From Candidatus Parcubacteria bacterium (GTDB lineage Bacteria; Patescibacteriota; Patescibacteriia; CAIXNZ01): a DNA stretch of 64,000 nt. Shown piece after piece: positions 45,944 through 55,231 of the stretch (positions are counted from its first letter, which is position 1; each line of letters opens with the position of its first letter). The notes under the pieces were generated by a model. The model did not search any database. It saw only the letters and a list, made by a program, of their open reading frames with translations, and was not told the DNA's origin. The translations under genes and the position numbers were made by a program. Location of the stretch: the NCBI GenBank assembly GCA_026395685.1, contig JAPLYG010000016.1, positions 65,035-129,034 on the forward strand. Direction: 5' to 3'.

Positions 45944-48900
45944 TTATTGAGCAAAGATGTACCCCCAAGCTCTGACAGTTGACCAGGCTAATGGGTTAAC
46001 TGGAGAATGTCCAAACATTTCACGGAATTTAAGAATACCTAATCTTTCTTTAACCAAATCACGGGCAAAACGGATACGATACATCATAGTATTCCAAGCC
46101 AGATCATCCTTGGCATCCTTGAAATTCGGAGCATGGCCAAACATGGTTTTGAAAGTCGCTAACACTCTGCCGACCTGAGCCTGTTCTTTGGCCAGATTCC
46201 TGTAAATCGGTTTGTGGCCGGTTGCCATAAGTTCAATATCAGACCAGACAACATCAGCGCGCACAACTGTTTCAAAATAATCCCTGATAATCGCCCTTCG
46301 TTCACCTGAGCCGAATTTAATCGTTGCTGTAGAATTACCGTAAACAATAAAATTCACAATGGCATCCAGTTGAGCTTCGGTTAAGGTTAAGCCAAATTCC
46401 TTGGCATCAGCCAGTACTAATATCCGGTATCTAGCTTCTTCAGACTGATTTTCAATTAAGCCATAAGTAGCCAATAGAGAAGTTAAATTTGAAGGATCAA
46501 TTATAGTTACTGCCGGAGTTTCAGTCACTACCGGCTCTTCAGTAACAACTGCAACATAATTAATCGTATCGGAAAGTGCAGCAGAGACAGATCCTGTGGA
46601 ATTTTTAAATTTGGCATAGACTGTCTTAGAACCATAATTATCACTTAAGGTCCATGTTTTGGAAGTGGCATAAGTTTCCCAAATACCTCCTGAAAAATCA
46701 GCGTTATTGGAAATTGCCATCTGAACTGCATTGGTAGCGGCTATAGCCAAACTGACAGATTGAGAACTTGTTTGTGTTGCTCCGCCGGCAATAACCAAAG
46801 AAGTTCCGACCGGTAAAGTAGCATCAACAGGAGGTGTGGTGTATCCTCCGCCTCCGCCTCCGCCACTTAACGTTGCTGTAGTAGTGAATGTAGCGCTTAG
46901 GGGAGCAGCCAGAGAATTACCAACTAAATCATCAGCAACAGTAACACTTATTGTATGGGTACTGTTATAAGCATAAGCAGTATGAGTAATTGTAGCAATT
47001 GTATCGGTCGGATCCCAAGATATTCCGGTAGAATTATCTAAGGTGTAAGCAAAAGTGCCGGTATTAACTGGCTCATCAAAAGTAATGACAACATTTGCTG
47101 ACAAAGCAACTCCGGTTGCGCCGTTTGCCGGGCTGAATAAAGCGGTCGGAGCAGTATTATCAGCTCCAAAATCACTGAATCCATCAGTGTCAAAAGTCAA
47201 ATGAGTACCATCCCAAGCATAATTATCCAAAATATGGGTGCCATCATTTATGCCATCACCAGAAGCAGTATTTGACACATAGCCACTTATATTTCCTAAA
47301 TTATCATAAACAACTAAACCTGGCTGGACTCCGCCCGGAACCATGATAGAGATTGATGCCGCGAAATCCAAATCAGCGAGCGCTGCGCTATTAATTCCGA
47401 CATTAGCCGTTCCAGAACCGTCGCTAGCATTGATTGTAATATTGTCTCCAAAATCTATCAAGGCAGTAATCGTCGCAGAATCGGTTAAATTAACATTATT
47501 AATGAAGGTAATGCTTGCCAAATCATTTACTCCGTCATTGGCATTGAAGGTTAAGCTTGGCACATCAGTAAAGTCAGTAATCAATGACCAATCCGTGGTA
47601 TTGCTGGGAGGATTTGCCAATAATGGATCCAAATCAACTGGATTAATGCCGAATACTGCGCCAAAAGAATCTGTGCTACCCGTGCTAAAAGCAACATTTC
47701 CTGATTCATCAACCAAATAAAGATTCATTGCATATCCGCCCGGTAATGTCGGGATACCGAAAGTTGCCACCGGAAGGATAAACTCATATTCATTAGCCCC
47801 TAAATCATTTGTAAAATTTATATAATCAGTACCTGGAACTCCGGTTTCAAAATCATTCGGTCCAACAACTGAACACAAATCAGTCCTGTCATCATTAGCC
47901 AAAGATTGAGTGCAAGCCTTAAGCGCAGAAAGAGGCTGATCAGAAGTTACGCTAAATCTAATGCTTTGGCCGGCATAGTAATACCAATTGTTAGTTACGC
48001 CAACTGGATTGCCTCCGGCTTGTAGCAAGGCCTTGATTTGAGTAATTGCAGGAGCCGTCGTATCAACTGTGACTGAAGATCCTAAAGTACCAGAGGCAAT
48101 AGAAGCGGGATTAAGTGCTGAATCAGTCATATCAATGGTGAAATCAGCCAATGCGGCATCAGTATCAGGAGGCGTGCCCGTAACTGGAGCACAAGCGGTC
48201 CAGATAAGATCCCCTGAAACTGCATCACAGCCTGTTCCATCATCAACCGCTCCAACAACTCCGGCAGCCGGATTGTTGAAATTCACTGTCTGACTCAACA
48301 ATGTTTCACTGGGCGTAAATTCAACTATGACTAGCTTCCCGACGCCAGCTAAGGTAGTATCAAAAGCATTGTCAGAATATACACTATCAAAAGTCAAAAT
48401 CGGCTCTACATTATCTACAGGCGCCGTATCTGTTGAAGTAATGGGACCGGTTGAATTAGGAACGAGAGCATTATCAGTTACAGTCACATCAAAGGTATTT
48501 GTACCCTCATCATCATCTGCTGCTACAAGTAAATCATATGTCCAAAGACCATCACTCGTCGTAACATCGCCATTAGTGCCGTCATCATACATTACTTGAG
48601 CTGGATTACCACCAAATGGGCTTAAATCTGCAATAACAGAAGCAATGTCTCCATTATAACCGGTTGGATTATCACCGGCGCTGGTATTATCCCAAGTAAA
48701 AAGAATATGATCGCCTAATCTGCAGACACCAGCTCCAGTGCAGGTTGATTCATCAGCCATCAAACTTCCGGCATTGACTGTCGGTGCTGTTGTATCTGCT
48801 GTATATCCTGTGAGCTGACCACCCGCACCATCAACTATGGCCGCCATGGGATTTCCAGCCACATCAGTAATGTTGGATAATGTTCCATCTGTAATTGTGA

Positions 48901-50653
48901 CAAAAGAATCAGCAAGCGAAGTATAAAGCCCACCATTAGCTTTTAAGGCATTTAAATCAGCGTCGGATAATGTAAAAACCAGTGTAGCTGGCCCTGTATA
49001 AGCAGCAGTTGAAGTTGCTAACGTTATTGAGGTACCTGCAGTCGCAGCATCCTGTAAAGTAAGCTGGGTTGCATCTACCACCTGCGTTGTATCCATGTTT
49101 TCAATAAATACTACGGTGAGTGTATGCACATTATCATTCATATCAATAACGGCGCTGATTGCCACCGGCGCCACATTATCAATATTGGCAAAATCGGGAA
49201 CAGTGGCTGTCGGAGCGCCTGATTGGGTATTGCCAGCATCGTCAGTTACTGTTTCATTGGCTGAAAAAGCTACATTATCATCATCGTCTGCAATAATTAA
49301 AACTGCACCCGGAGCTTGAGTAGCTGATAAGCCATAAGCTAACAAGTCCACTGTCCAGCTAGCTCCGTCTCCAATTGTTTCTGTACCTATCACATATGTA
49401 ATAGTATCGCCAATTGAAGCTATGCCATCACCACCCACATCAGTCAAGTTTATTGTGCCGGGAACTGTGACAATAGGTATTATATTATCCAATGAAATAG
49501 TTGTAGCATCAATAACATTAGTTGCTGTTGTAACCGCATTACCAGCATCATCAGTGTCTGTAACATTAAAAGCATAAGCTGCGTTATCAACCGCGCCAGG
49601 GGCAACTGTAACTGCCACAGTATTGGCTTGAGTTGCTGAAGCGCCTCCGCCCAAAGGACTTGCATCCCAGGTAATGACATCGGTATCCCCGACAGCACTT
49701 GTGGCATTAACATCGACCGCATCAGCTGCGACTATTCCGCCGTTTACTGCGGCTACACCGCCTACGCCATTATCGGTTGATATTGTTAAGCCTGATGTTG
49801 CCAAGATAGGCATTATATTATCCAATGAAATAGTTGTAGCATCAATAACATTAGTTGCTGTTGTAACCGCATTGCCTGCATTATCAGTGGCCGTAACATT
49901 AAAAGCATAAGCTGCGTTATCAACCGCGCCAGGGGCAACTGTAACTGCCACATTATTGGCTTGAGTTGCTGAAGCGCCACCGCCCAAAGGACTTGCATTC
50001 CAGGTAATGATATCTGTATCCCCTACGGTAACCGTAGCATTAACTTTTACCGCATCAGCTGCGACTATTCCGCCGTTTACTGCGGCTACGGCGGGAACGC
50101 CGTTATCGGTTGATATTGTTAAGCCTGATGTTGCCAAGATAGGAGCGATGGTATCTACAGCACTTGCCATTGAATTTGAATTTGCATTTGGACCTGGTAT
50201 ATCATCTGCATCAGCAGTAACCACATTAACCTGAGAAAGCGCGTTAGCCGCACCAACATCAATACCAGCACCACCAGCATTTGCAACTGGAAAATCAAGT
50301 CTCATTATGTCATGTAACCCTGCATTATCAGTAAGGCAAGACAAAGCAACGGCAGCACCGCCTCCATAGGCTGTTAAATTTGCGGTAGCAGTTGTTACCG
50401 CAGTACAACCGCCATCTGCATTGCTTACATCCAAGTCCACTCTGATCGTATCGCCAATATTAGTAATGCCGTTTACAGGAGAATCTGTTTGAAGAGTAAG
50501 CGTCACGCTAGTGATTGTAATACTTAAAGCTGCTGCTTCAACCTGTTCTTGCGGCAAATTCGTCCAAAAACCGACAGCTAAGCCCAGCATCATCAACCCC
50601 GCCACCGACAATGGCAGGATCCTGAATAATTGTTTTTTAACTTTTTGAGCCAT
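45944..50653 (-). CDS. Giant secreted surface protein (1569 aa) with Ig-like repeats including two near-identical ~110-aa tandem repeats, a Gly7 linker and a distinct C-terminal globular domain
   Basis: The signal/TM is LFRILPLSVAGLMMLGLAVGFW. Repeats ...ILATSGLTISTDNGV..AAVNGGIVAADAV.VNAT... occur twice. SGGGGGGGYTTPP lies near residue 1290. The C-terminal ~200 aa are non-repetitive. Confidence 0.6.
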   Translation of the reverse strand: MAQKVKKQLFRILPLSVAGLMMLGLAVGFWTNLPQEQVEAAALSITITSVTLTLQTDSPVNGITNIGDTIRVDLDVSNADGGCTAVTTATANLTAYGGGAAVALSCLTDNAGLHDIMRLDFPVANAGGAGIDVGAANALSQVNVVTADADDIPGPNANSNSMASAVDTIAPILATSGLTISTDNGVPAVAAVNGGIVAADAVKVNATVTVGDTDIITWNASPLGGGASATQANNVAVTVAPGAVDNAAYAFNVTATDNAGNAVTTATNVIDATTISLDNIMPILATSGLTISTDNGVGGVAAVNGGIVAADAVDVNATSAVGDTDVITWDASPLGGGASATQANTVAVTVAPGAVDNAAYAFNVTDTDDAGNAVTTATNVIDATTISLDNIIPIVTVPGTINLTDVGGDGIASIGDTITYVIGTETIGDGASWTVDLLAYGLSATQAPGAVLIIADDDDNVAFSANETVTDDAGNTQSGAPTATVPDFANIDNVAPVAISAVIDMNDNVHTLTVVFIENMDTTQVVDATQLTLQDAATAGTSITLATSTAAYTGPATLVFTLSDADLNALKANGGLYTSLADSFVTITDGTLSNITDVAGNPMAAIVDGAGGQLTGYTADTTAPTVNAGSLMADESTCTGAGVCRLGDHILFTWDNTSAGDNPTGYNGDIASVIADLSPFGGNPAQVMYDDGTNGDVTTSDGLWTYDLLVAADDDEGTNTFDVTVTDNALVPNSTGPITSTDTAPVDNVEPILTFDSVYSDNAFDTTLAGVGKLVIVEFTPSETLLSQTVNFNNPAAGVVGAVDDGTGCDAVSGDLIWTACAPVTGTPPDTDAALADFTIDMTDSALNPASIASGTLGSSVTVDTTAPAITQIKALLQAGGNPVGVTNNWYYYAGQSIRFSVTSDQPLSALKACTQSLANDDRTDLCSVVGPNDFETGVPGTDYINFTNDLGANEYEFILPVATFGIPTLPGGYAMNLYLVDESGNVAFSTGSTDSFGAVFGINPVDLDPLLANPPSNTTDWSLITDFTDVPSLTFNANDGVNDLASITFINNVNLTDSATITALIDFGDNITINASDGSGTANVGINSAALADLDFAASISIMVPGGVQPGLVVYDNLGNISGYVSNTASGDGINDGTHILDNYAWDGTHLTFDTDGFSDFGADNTAPTALFSPANGATGVALSANVVITFDEPVNTGTFAYTLDNSTGISWDPTDTIATITHTAYAYNSTHTISVTVADDLVGNSLAAPLSATFTTTATLSGGGGGGGYTTPPVDATLPVGTSLVIAGGATQTSSQSVSLAIAATNAVQMAISNNADFSGGIWETYATSKTWTLSDNYGSKTVYAKFKNSTGSVSAALSDTINYVAVVTEEPVVTETPAVTIIDPSNLTSLLATYGLIENQSEEARYRILVLADAKEFGLTLTEAQLDAIVNFIVYGNSTATIKFGSGERRAIIRDYFETVVRADVVWSDIELMATGHKPIYRNLAKEQAQVGRVLATFKTMFGHAPNFKDAKDDLAWNTMMYRIRFARDLVKERLGILKFREMFGHSPVNPLAWSTVRAWGYIFAQ
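49476..50142. repeat. Intragenic tandem duplication (2 x ~333 bp, about 95% identical; degenerate third unit follows)
   Basis: The unit ggcattatattatccaatgaaatagttgtagcatcaataacattagttgctgttgtaaccgcatt... starts at 49476 and again at 49809. Confidence 0.8.
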
Positions 50654-51009
50654 ACATTTGAATTTAAGGTCTAATTTTTAATTATTAGTTTTTAATTTTA
50701 TATTTAATATATTAATAATTGATAAGGAAATAAAAAAATAGTGCCAACCCAAAACACTATTTCCTAAATAAAACATAAAGGAATTTATTATAACTCCAAT
50801 TATTCTTTCTAAATCTCTCCATTTCGCAAAAATTTTAATTTCTTACTTCTATTATAGCACAAAAATAGTTTGTACGGTACTTTTTTCCACAAGCAGAAGT
50901 AGCCATAATTTTTCATCTCCCAGGGAATCTTTAGTAAATATTTCGATTGACCTAATCCAGCACATATGCTAAATTTTATTTAAACCAAAGAATATAGGGG
51001 GACTTAAAA

Positions 51010-51591
51010 ATGGTACAAATTCTTGGTCTGAGGCATGGGGAAAAAGACGGCGATAAACTCACCATTAGCGGTGAAAATCAGGTCCTGGCAGCTGGCCATC
51101 GTTTATTATCTCAGGGATTTTGTTTTGACCGGCTTATTCATTCCGGAGCCAACCGCACCAGGCGATCATTAGAAATTCTGATTACTGCCATGAAGATCTT
51201 TCATTTGCCTTTGGAAGAAAATGAAAATTTCAGTTATAACGTTGGCAAAAATTTTCATGCCAGCCGTGAAGAATTCGCAGCTGAAATGGAAAAAATCCAG
51301 CAAGCCGGCGGTACCTTGGATATAGCGCTTAGGCTGAGCAAATATGCTCAGGAAGTACGCAGATATATTTATGGGTCAATCATTGACCTGGGCCGGGAGA
51401 TGGAAAGTAAAAGCCAAAAAAGCGCTCTGGTCTTTTCCCACTCCCCGTTGATTGTGACTGCCGCTCCTGTTCCCGAAGAAACTCCCTATGGACTGTATGA
51501 ATGCGACGGAATTCTCTACACTTATGAGCGCGGTAAAATCAAAAAATCGGAAATCATCAGAGCGCCGATACGAGGTAAAACTCTCTGGTAA
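51010..51591 (+). CDS. Histidine phosphatase superfamily (phosphoglycerate-mutase-like) protein
   Basis: The N-terminal RHG motif is ILGLRHGEKDGD. A second His context is VFSHSPLIV. Confidence 0.55.
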   Translation: MVQILGLRHGEKDGDKLTISGENQVLAAGHRLLSQGFCFDRLIHSGANRTRRSLEILITAMKIFHLPLEENENFSYNVGKNFHASREEFAAEMEKIQQAGGTLDIALRLSKYAQEVRRYIYGSIIDLGREMESKSQKSALVFSHSPLIVTAAPVPEETPYGLYECDGILYTYERGKIKKSEIIRAPIRGKTLW

Positions 51592-51595
51592 ACCA

Positions 51596-51682
51596 CTCAA
51601 GGCCGCCCGCTTCTCGGGAGGCCTTTTTTATTTCTCAGGCAAAAACGCCCTCCGAAGCCTTTGCGAAGGAGGGGCGTTTTTG
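51596..51682 (+). terminator. Two consecutive intrinsic terminators
   Basis: First hairpin: ggccgcccgcttctcgggaggcc-tttttta. Second hairpin: acgccctccgaagcctttgcgaaggaggggcg-ttttt. Confidence 0.65.
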
Positions 51683-51795
51683 CCCAGGACTCCCCTTGCC
51701 AAGGTAATAAAATATTGCTATAATATTCTCACAAGGTCTAAAAACCTTATTTTTAATTTATAAATATTCCTAAGTTTTAACTTTTGAATTAATTT

Positions 51796-51870
51796 GGAGT
51801 GGTAGCTCAGTTTGGTTAGAGCGCCGCCCTGTCACGGCGGAGGTCGCGGGTTCGAGCCCCGTCCACTCCG
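51796..51870 (+). tRNA. tRNA-Asp (GTC)
   Basis: Cloverleaf as follows. Acceptor ggagtgg / ccactcc + g. D-arm gctc-agtttggtt-agagc. Anticodon arm ccgcc-ctGTCac-ggcgg. T-arm gcggg-ttcgagc-cccgt. CCA is not encoded. Confidence 0.9.
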
Positions 51871-52580
51871 AACCAGAAGCACGCAATATCATTTTATTGC
51901 GTGTTTTCGTTTACCCCGTACCGAGCTTCGCTCTGGTACGGGGTTTGGTGAGGCTTCGGTTCGGAGTAGGCCAGTGCCGAACGAACTAGGATATTAAATT
52001 TAAAAATAAACGCCACTCCGAACCAGAAGCACGCAATATCATTTTATTGCGTGTTTTCGTTTACCCCGTACCGAGCTTCGCTCTGGTACGGGGTTTGGTG
52101 AGGCTTCGGTTCGGAGTAGGCCAGTGCCGAACGAACATAGTGAGTTCTGGTTCTGGCCACTCCGTTATTCTTTATCTCTGAGCTCCCTGCTATAATATGT
52201 ATATAATAATTATTATTATAAAATTTATGTACTTTGTTTATTACTTACAAAGCAAAATAAGGCCAACCCAATTTTACGTTGGCTATACAACAAAGTTAGA
52301 TATAAGGATTAGCGACCATAATAAGGGTTTATCCGCTTCAACAAAACCTTATCGACCTTGGGACTTAATTTTTTACGAAGCATATAAAGATAAAAAAGAT
52401 GCCAAAAGGCGTGAAAAGTACTTAAAGACGACCAAAGGACGTAAAGGCTTAAAGTTAATGTTGAGATATTCAATTCCAAAGTAAACGCCAATCCGAACCA
52501 GAAGCACGCAATATCATTTTATTGCGTGTTTTCGTTTACCCCGTACCGAGCTTCGCTCTGGTACGGGGTTTGGCGAGGCT
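51863..52580. repeat. Three copies of a ~125-bp hairpin-rich repeat that begins with the tRNA-Asp 3' end (copies at 51863-51993, 52011-52140, 52488-52580)
   Basis: The unit is ccactccgaaccagaagcacgcaatatcattttattgcgtgttttcgtttaccccgtaccgagcttcgctctggtacggggtttggtgaggcttcggttcggagtaggccagtgccgaacgaac. Copy 1 overlaps the tRNA 3' acceptor strand. Copies 2 and 3 carry cgccac/atccgaacc. Confidence 0.8.
52227..52484 (+). CDS. GIY-YIG nuclease-family protein (YhbQ/UPF0213-like)
   Basis: Reads FYVGYTTKLDIRISDHNKGLSASTKPYRPWDLIFYEAYKDKKDAKRREKYLKTTKGRKGLK, matching the GIY-YIG core. The track start at 52197 is in an A/T run, so ATG 52227 is preferred. Confidence 0.65.
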   Translation: MYFVYYLQSKIRPTQFYVGYTTKLDIRISDHNKGLSASTKPYRPWDLIFYEAYKDKKDAKRREKYLKTTKGRKGLKLMLRYSIPK

Positions 52581-52717
52581 AATGTTGAAATATTCAATAA
52601 TAAAATAAGTCCACTCTGCTCCAACAAAAAGACAATCATTATCGGGTGTTTTCTTGTCTACAACAATTTAAAAAACCCCATTGATGTTATATCTCCGGGG
52701 TTGGTTGTGTCGGGGGA

Positions 52718-53023
52718 TTAGATCCCAAATCGGAGGTCTGAACCCATCTCCTCCAGCTCCTTATTTAAGCTGGGGATGTCGGTCTGCTTCCTCCATTTTT
52801 TCCAGTACGCTCGCTGCTCTTTTTCGGACATCATAAAGAAGTCTGATGGTTTGAGGCAGAAATTTTCTTCCCGCTCTTTGCGTTCCGCGGCTGCCGCTCG
52901 CCTCACATAGTGTTCGATCAACCGAAGCAAGGACACCACGCCCACTGCCTTTAAATAGACCTTTTGCTGGGCAAGTGTCATCTTACTGAACTCAAAAATT
53001 TTCAGAAACGATCCCTTCGCCAT
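52718..53023 (-). CDS. Hypothetical protein in GC-richer islet
   Basis: 101 aa, basic, coiled-coil-like. The local GC is visibly higher than the surrounding genome. Confidence 0.4.
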   Translation of the reverse strand: MAKGSFLKIFEFSKMTLAQQKVYLKAVGVVSLLRLIEHYVRRAAAAERKEREENFCLKPSDFFMMSEKEQRAYWKKWRKQTDIPSLNKELEEMGSDLRFGI

Positions 53024-53180
53024 GGTATCCTCCTTTTTGAAGTGAGAGTAATTACTTTAGTATAAATACTAAAGCAATATTACATTATAGAATAATTATT
53101 TAATTTTGTCAAGCCAATACCGGACTAACAAAAAAAGCCCACTGCGATGCAGGGGCTTGGAATCTCATTTTCTTTAAATC

Positions 53181-53441
53181 TTATTTTGTGATCACGAATT
53201 TTTCTCGGCTTTGGGGCCAATCCTCAATAAAGGCAAAGAATTCTGACAACCGCAGATTAAAGATCTGCGCAAAGACAATCAGCTCGCTGATCTGCTGGGG
53301 CGAACCATACAGCTCCAGCATATAGATATCGTGCTCAGTCTTCTTCAGCTTTTCTGCCAGTTCAGCCATTGACCAGTTCTGCTGTTTCCTGAGGAATTTG
53401 ATGACCTGACGGACTTTCTTATTGTATTCGCAGAGCTCCAT
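53181..53441 (-). CDS. XRE-family (Cro/C1-type) helix-turn-helix transcriptional regulator
   Basis: Shows QNWSMAELAEKLKKTEHDIYMLELYGSPQQISELIVFAQIFNLRLSEFF. It is GC-richer than the flanks. Confidence 0.55.
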   Translation of the reverse strand: MELCEYNKKVRQVIKFLRKQQNWSMAELAEKLKKTEHDIYMLELYGSPQQISELIVFAQIFNLRLSEFFAFIEDWPQSREKFVITK

Positions 53442-53555
53442 CGCTGTCTCCCTTCTTTCATTGAAACTTTGATACCAGCCTTTTAAATTATCACATTATG
53501 TTTAAAATGTCAATTGCCGCAAAAAGCACCCGATCTCTCAGGTGCCACCCTATTA

Positions 53556-53700
53556 ATCACCAAGCTTCAATAACCAATATTCAAACAAATTTTAAATTCT
53601 AATACCAAATTACTAAAAAAAATTAGGGTTTTGGAATTAGTTATTTATTATTGTTTGATGCTTGATTCTTGGTTATTGATTATTCATTCAGCATCTTAAT
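53556..53700. repeat. Family-A intergenic palindromic element (copy A4), right arm overlapping the last codons of pgi
   Basis: Reads caataaccaatattcaaacaaattttaaattctaataccaaattactaaaaaaaattagggttttggaattagttatttattattgtttgatgcttgattcttggttattgattatt. Confidence 0.6.
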
Positions 53701-54978
53701 CATCAGATTCTTGGAATCTTCCACCCCTGGCTGATTAAAAACATCAATGCCTAAAAGTTCTCCCAGATATACCGTGGCCAGTTCAAAAAACTGAAATAAC
53801 TGTCCCAAATAATATTCATTCATTTCCGGTAAAATCAAAGTCGCATTTGCCCGATGATTTTTCATTAAAGAATTAGCCACTGCCAGCTGTTCAATTTTTA
53901 AAAGCTGGTCAAAACTTTTTCCAGCCAGAAATTCCAAACCAAAATTCTTATATAACGGCAGTTTGAAATCAACTACCGGCTTTTCCGCGCGGATAAAAGT
54001 AAAAATCTTATCATTGGCGCCTTCATTATATAACTGCAGCTGAGAATGCTGATCCTTGGGTCCGGCTGAGGCAATAGGAGTAATACCAATGGAAACCAAC
54101 TTCCCTTTTAAATCATACTTTTTACCCAAACTCTCAGCCAAAAGCTGGCGATACCAGAAAGAAAACGAATTCAAAGCTTCCAAATAAGGCATTAAAACCG
54201 CAATATTTTGTTTTCTCTTTTTATAGCCTAAATAGTGCAGAGCAGCATAAATAAACGGTAAATTTTCCCGCCAATTATCATTCTTTGCCATTTTATCCAT
54301 TTCTCGCGCGCCACTTAATAACTTTTTAATATCTAAGCCAAGCCACGCTGCCGGCAATAAACCATTGACTGATAAGACTGAAAATCTACCGCCGCCGGGA
54401 TAATGAGCCAGCAAAGCATATCCTTCTTTTTTGCATATTTCCAACAGTTTCCCGCTTTTTTCATTAGTTGTGATTATAAAATGATCTTTATGTCTATTTA
54501 AACCAACTGCCTTTATGACCTTATCACGCAAATAAATAAAATTTGCCAGAGTTTCCAAGGTCTCCCCTGACTTTGAGACCACATAAAATAATGTTTTTTT
54601 AAGGGATATTTTTGCCAGTAGATTATTCAAAGAATTGGGATCAGTAGTATCTCCAATAAAAAATAAACGGTTATTGGGCATAACTAAGGCCCGGGCTAAA
54701 GCTTTGGCTCCCAAGTCTGAACCGCCGATACCGACTACTACCAAAGCATCGAATTTACCCTGCAGATTCTTCGCTATTTTTTCAATTATATCCGCACTAA
54801 TCAAATCATAGGGCAATTTTCTGAAACTAATTTCAGGTTCAGCTTCCTTCTTTGCCAACTTAGCATTAATCTTTTTCAAATTCTTGCCTAAAGCAACCAG
54901 TTCAGCCTGTTTAAATCCAAAACTAGCGACCTTAGCAGCGGACATGTTTGTGTAATTATATTTTATATTTTGTGACAT
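53680..54978 (-). CDS. pgi: Glucose-6-phosphate isomerase (bifunctional PGI/PMI-type short form)
   Basis: Shows VVGIGGSDLGAKALARAL, the SIS motif, and SKSGETLETL...NEKSGK. Confidence 0.8.
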   Translation of the reverse strand: MSQNIKYNYTNMSAAKVASFGFKQAELVALGKNLKKINAKLAKKEAEPEISFRKLPYDLISADIIEKIAKNLQGKFDALVVVGIGGSDLGAKALARALVMPNNRLFFIGDTTDPNSLNNLLAKISLKKTLFYVVSKSGETLETLANFIYLRDKVIKAVGLNRHKDHFIITTNEKSGKLLEICKKEGYALLAHYPGGGRFSVLSVNGLLPAAWLGLDIKKLLSGAREMDKMAKNDNWRENLPFIYAALHYLGYKKRKQNIAVLMPYLEALNSFSFWYRQLLAESLGKKYDLKGKLVSIGITPIASAGPKDQHSQLQLYNEGANDKIFTFIRAEKPVVDFKLPLYKNFGLEFLAGKSFDQLLKIEQLAVANSLMKNHRANATLILPEMNEYYLGQLFQFFELATVYLGELLGIDVFNQPGVEDSKNLMIKMLNE

Positions 54979-54984
54979 AGAAAT

Positions 54985-55150
54985 ATTAGTTAAAGGTGTT
55001 TAGGTTAGGAGGCTGGTAAATTATGGTGTATAGTGCTTAGGTTAAGAGACTGCTAAGTGCCTAGTGTTGAGATAAAGTGCTTTATCTTACCTTACCAAAC
55101 CACCCTTCACTTACAGCGCCTTTGCCCATTTACTATTCACTGCGTGACTA
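54985..55150. repeat. Family-B intergenic imperfect palindrome (copy B5) in divergent promoter region
   Basis: Reads ggtgtttaggttaggaggctggtaaattatggtgtatagtgcttaggttaagagactgctaagtg ... ccttaccaaaccacccttcacttacagcgcctttgcccatttactattcac. Confidence 0.55.
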
Positions 55151-55231
55151 AATTATACCATATTCCCCTTACCAATTAAACTCTGGTCAAAAAAATGTTA
55201 TAATAAGGACAGCAAAACTAACCTTAAAACT

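Noticed and set aside
51812-51997. 61-aa ORF overlapping tRNA-Asp and the downstream repeat.
   Set aside because: It overlaps a confidently folded tRNA and the hairpin repeat. It is an artefact of the GC-rich tRNA sequence.
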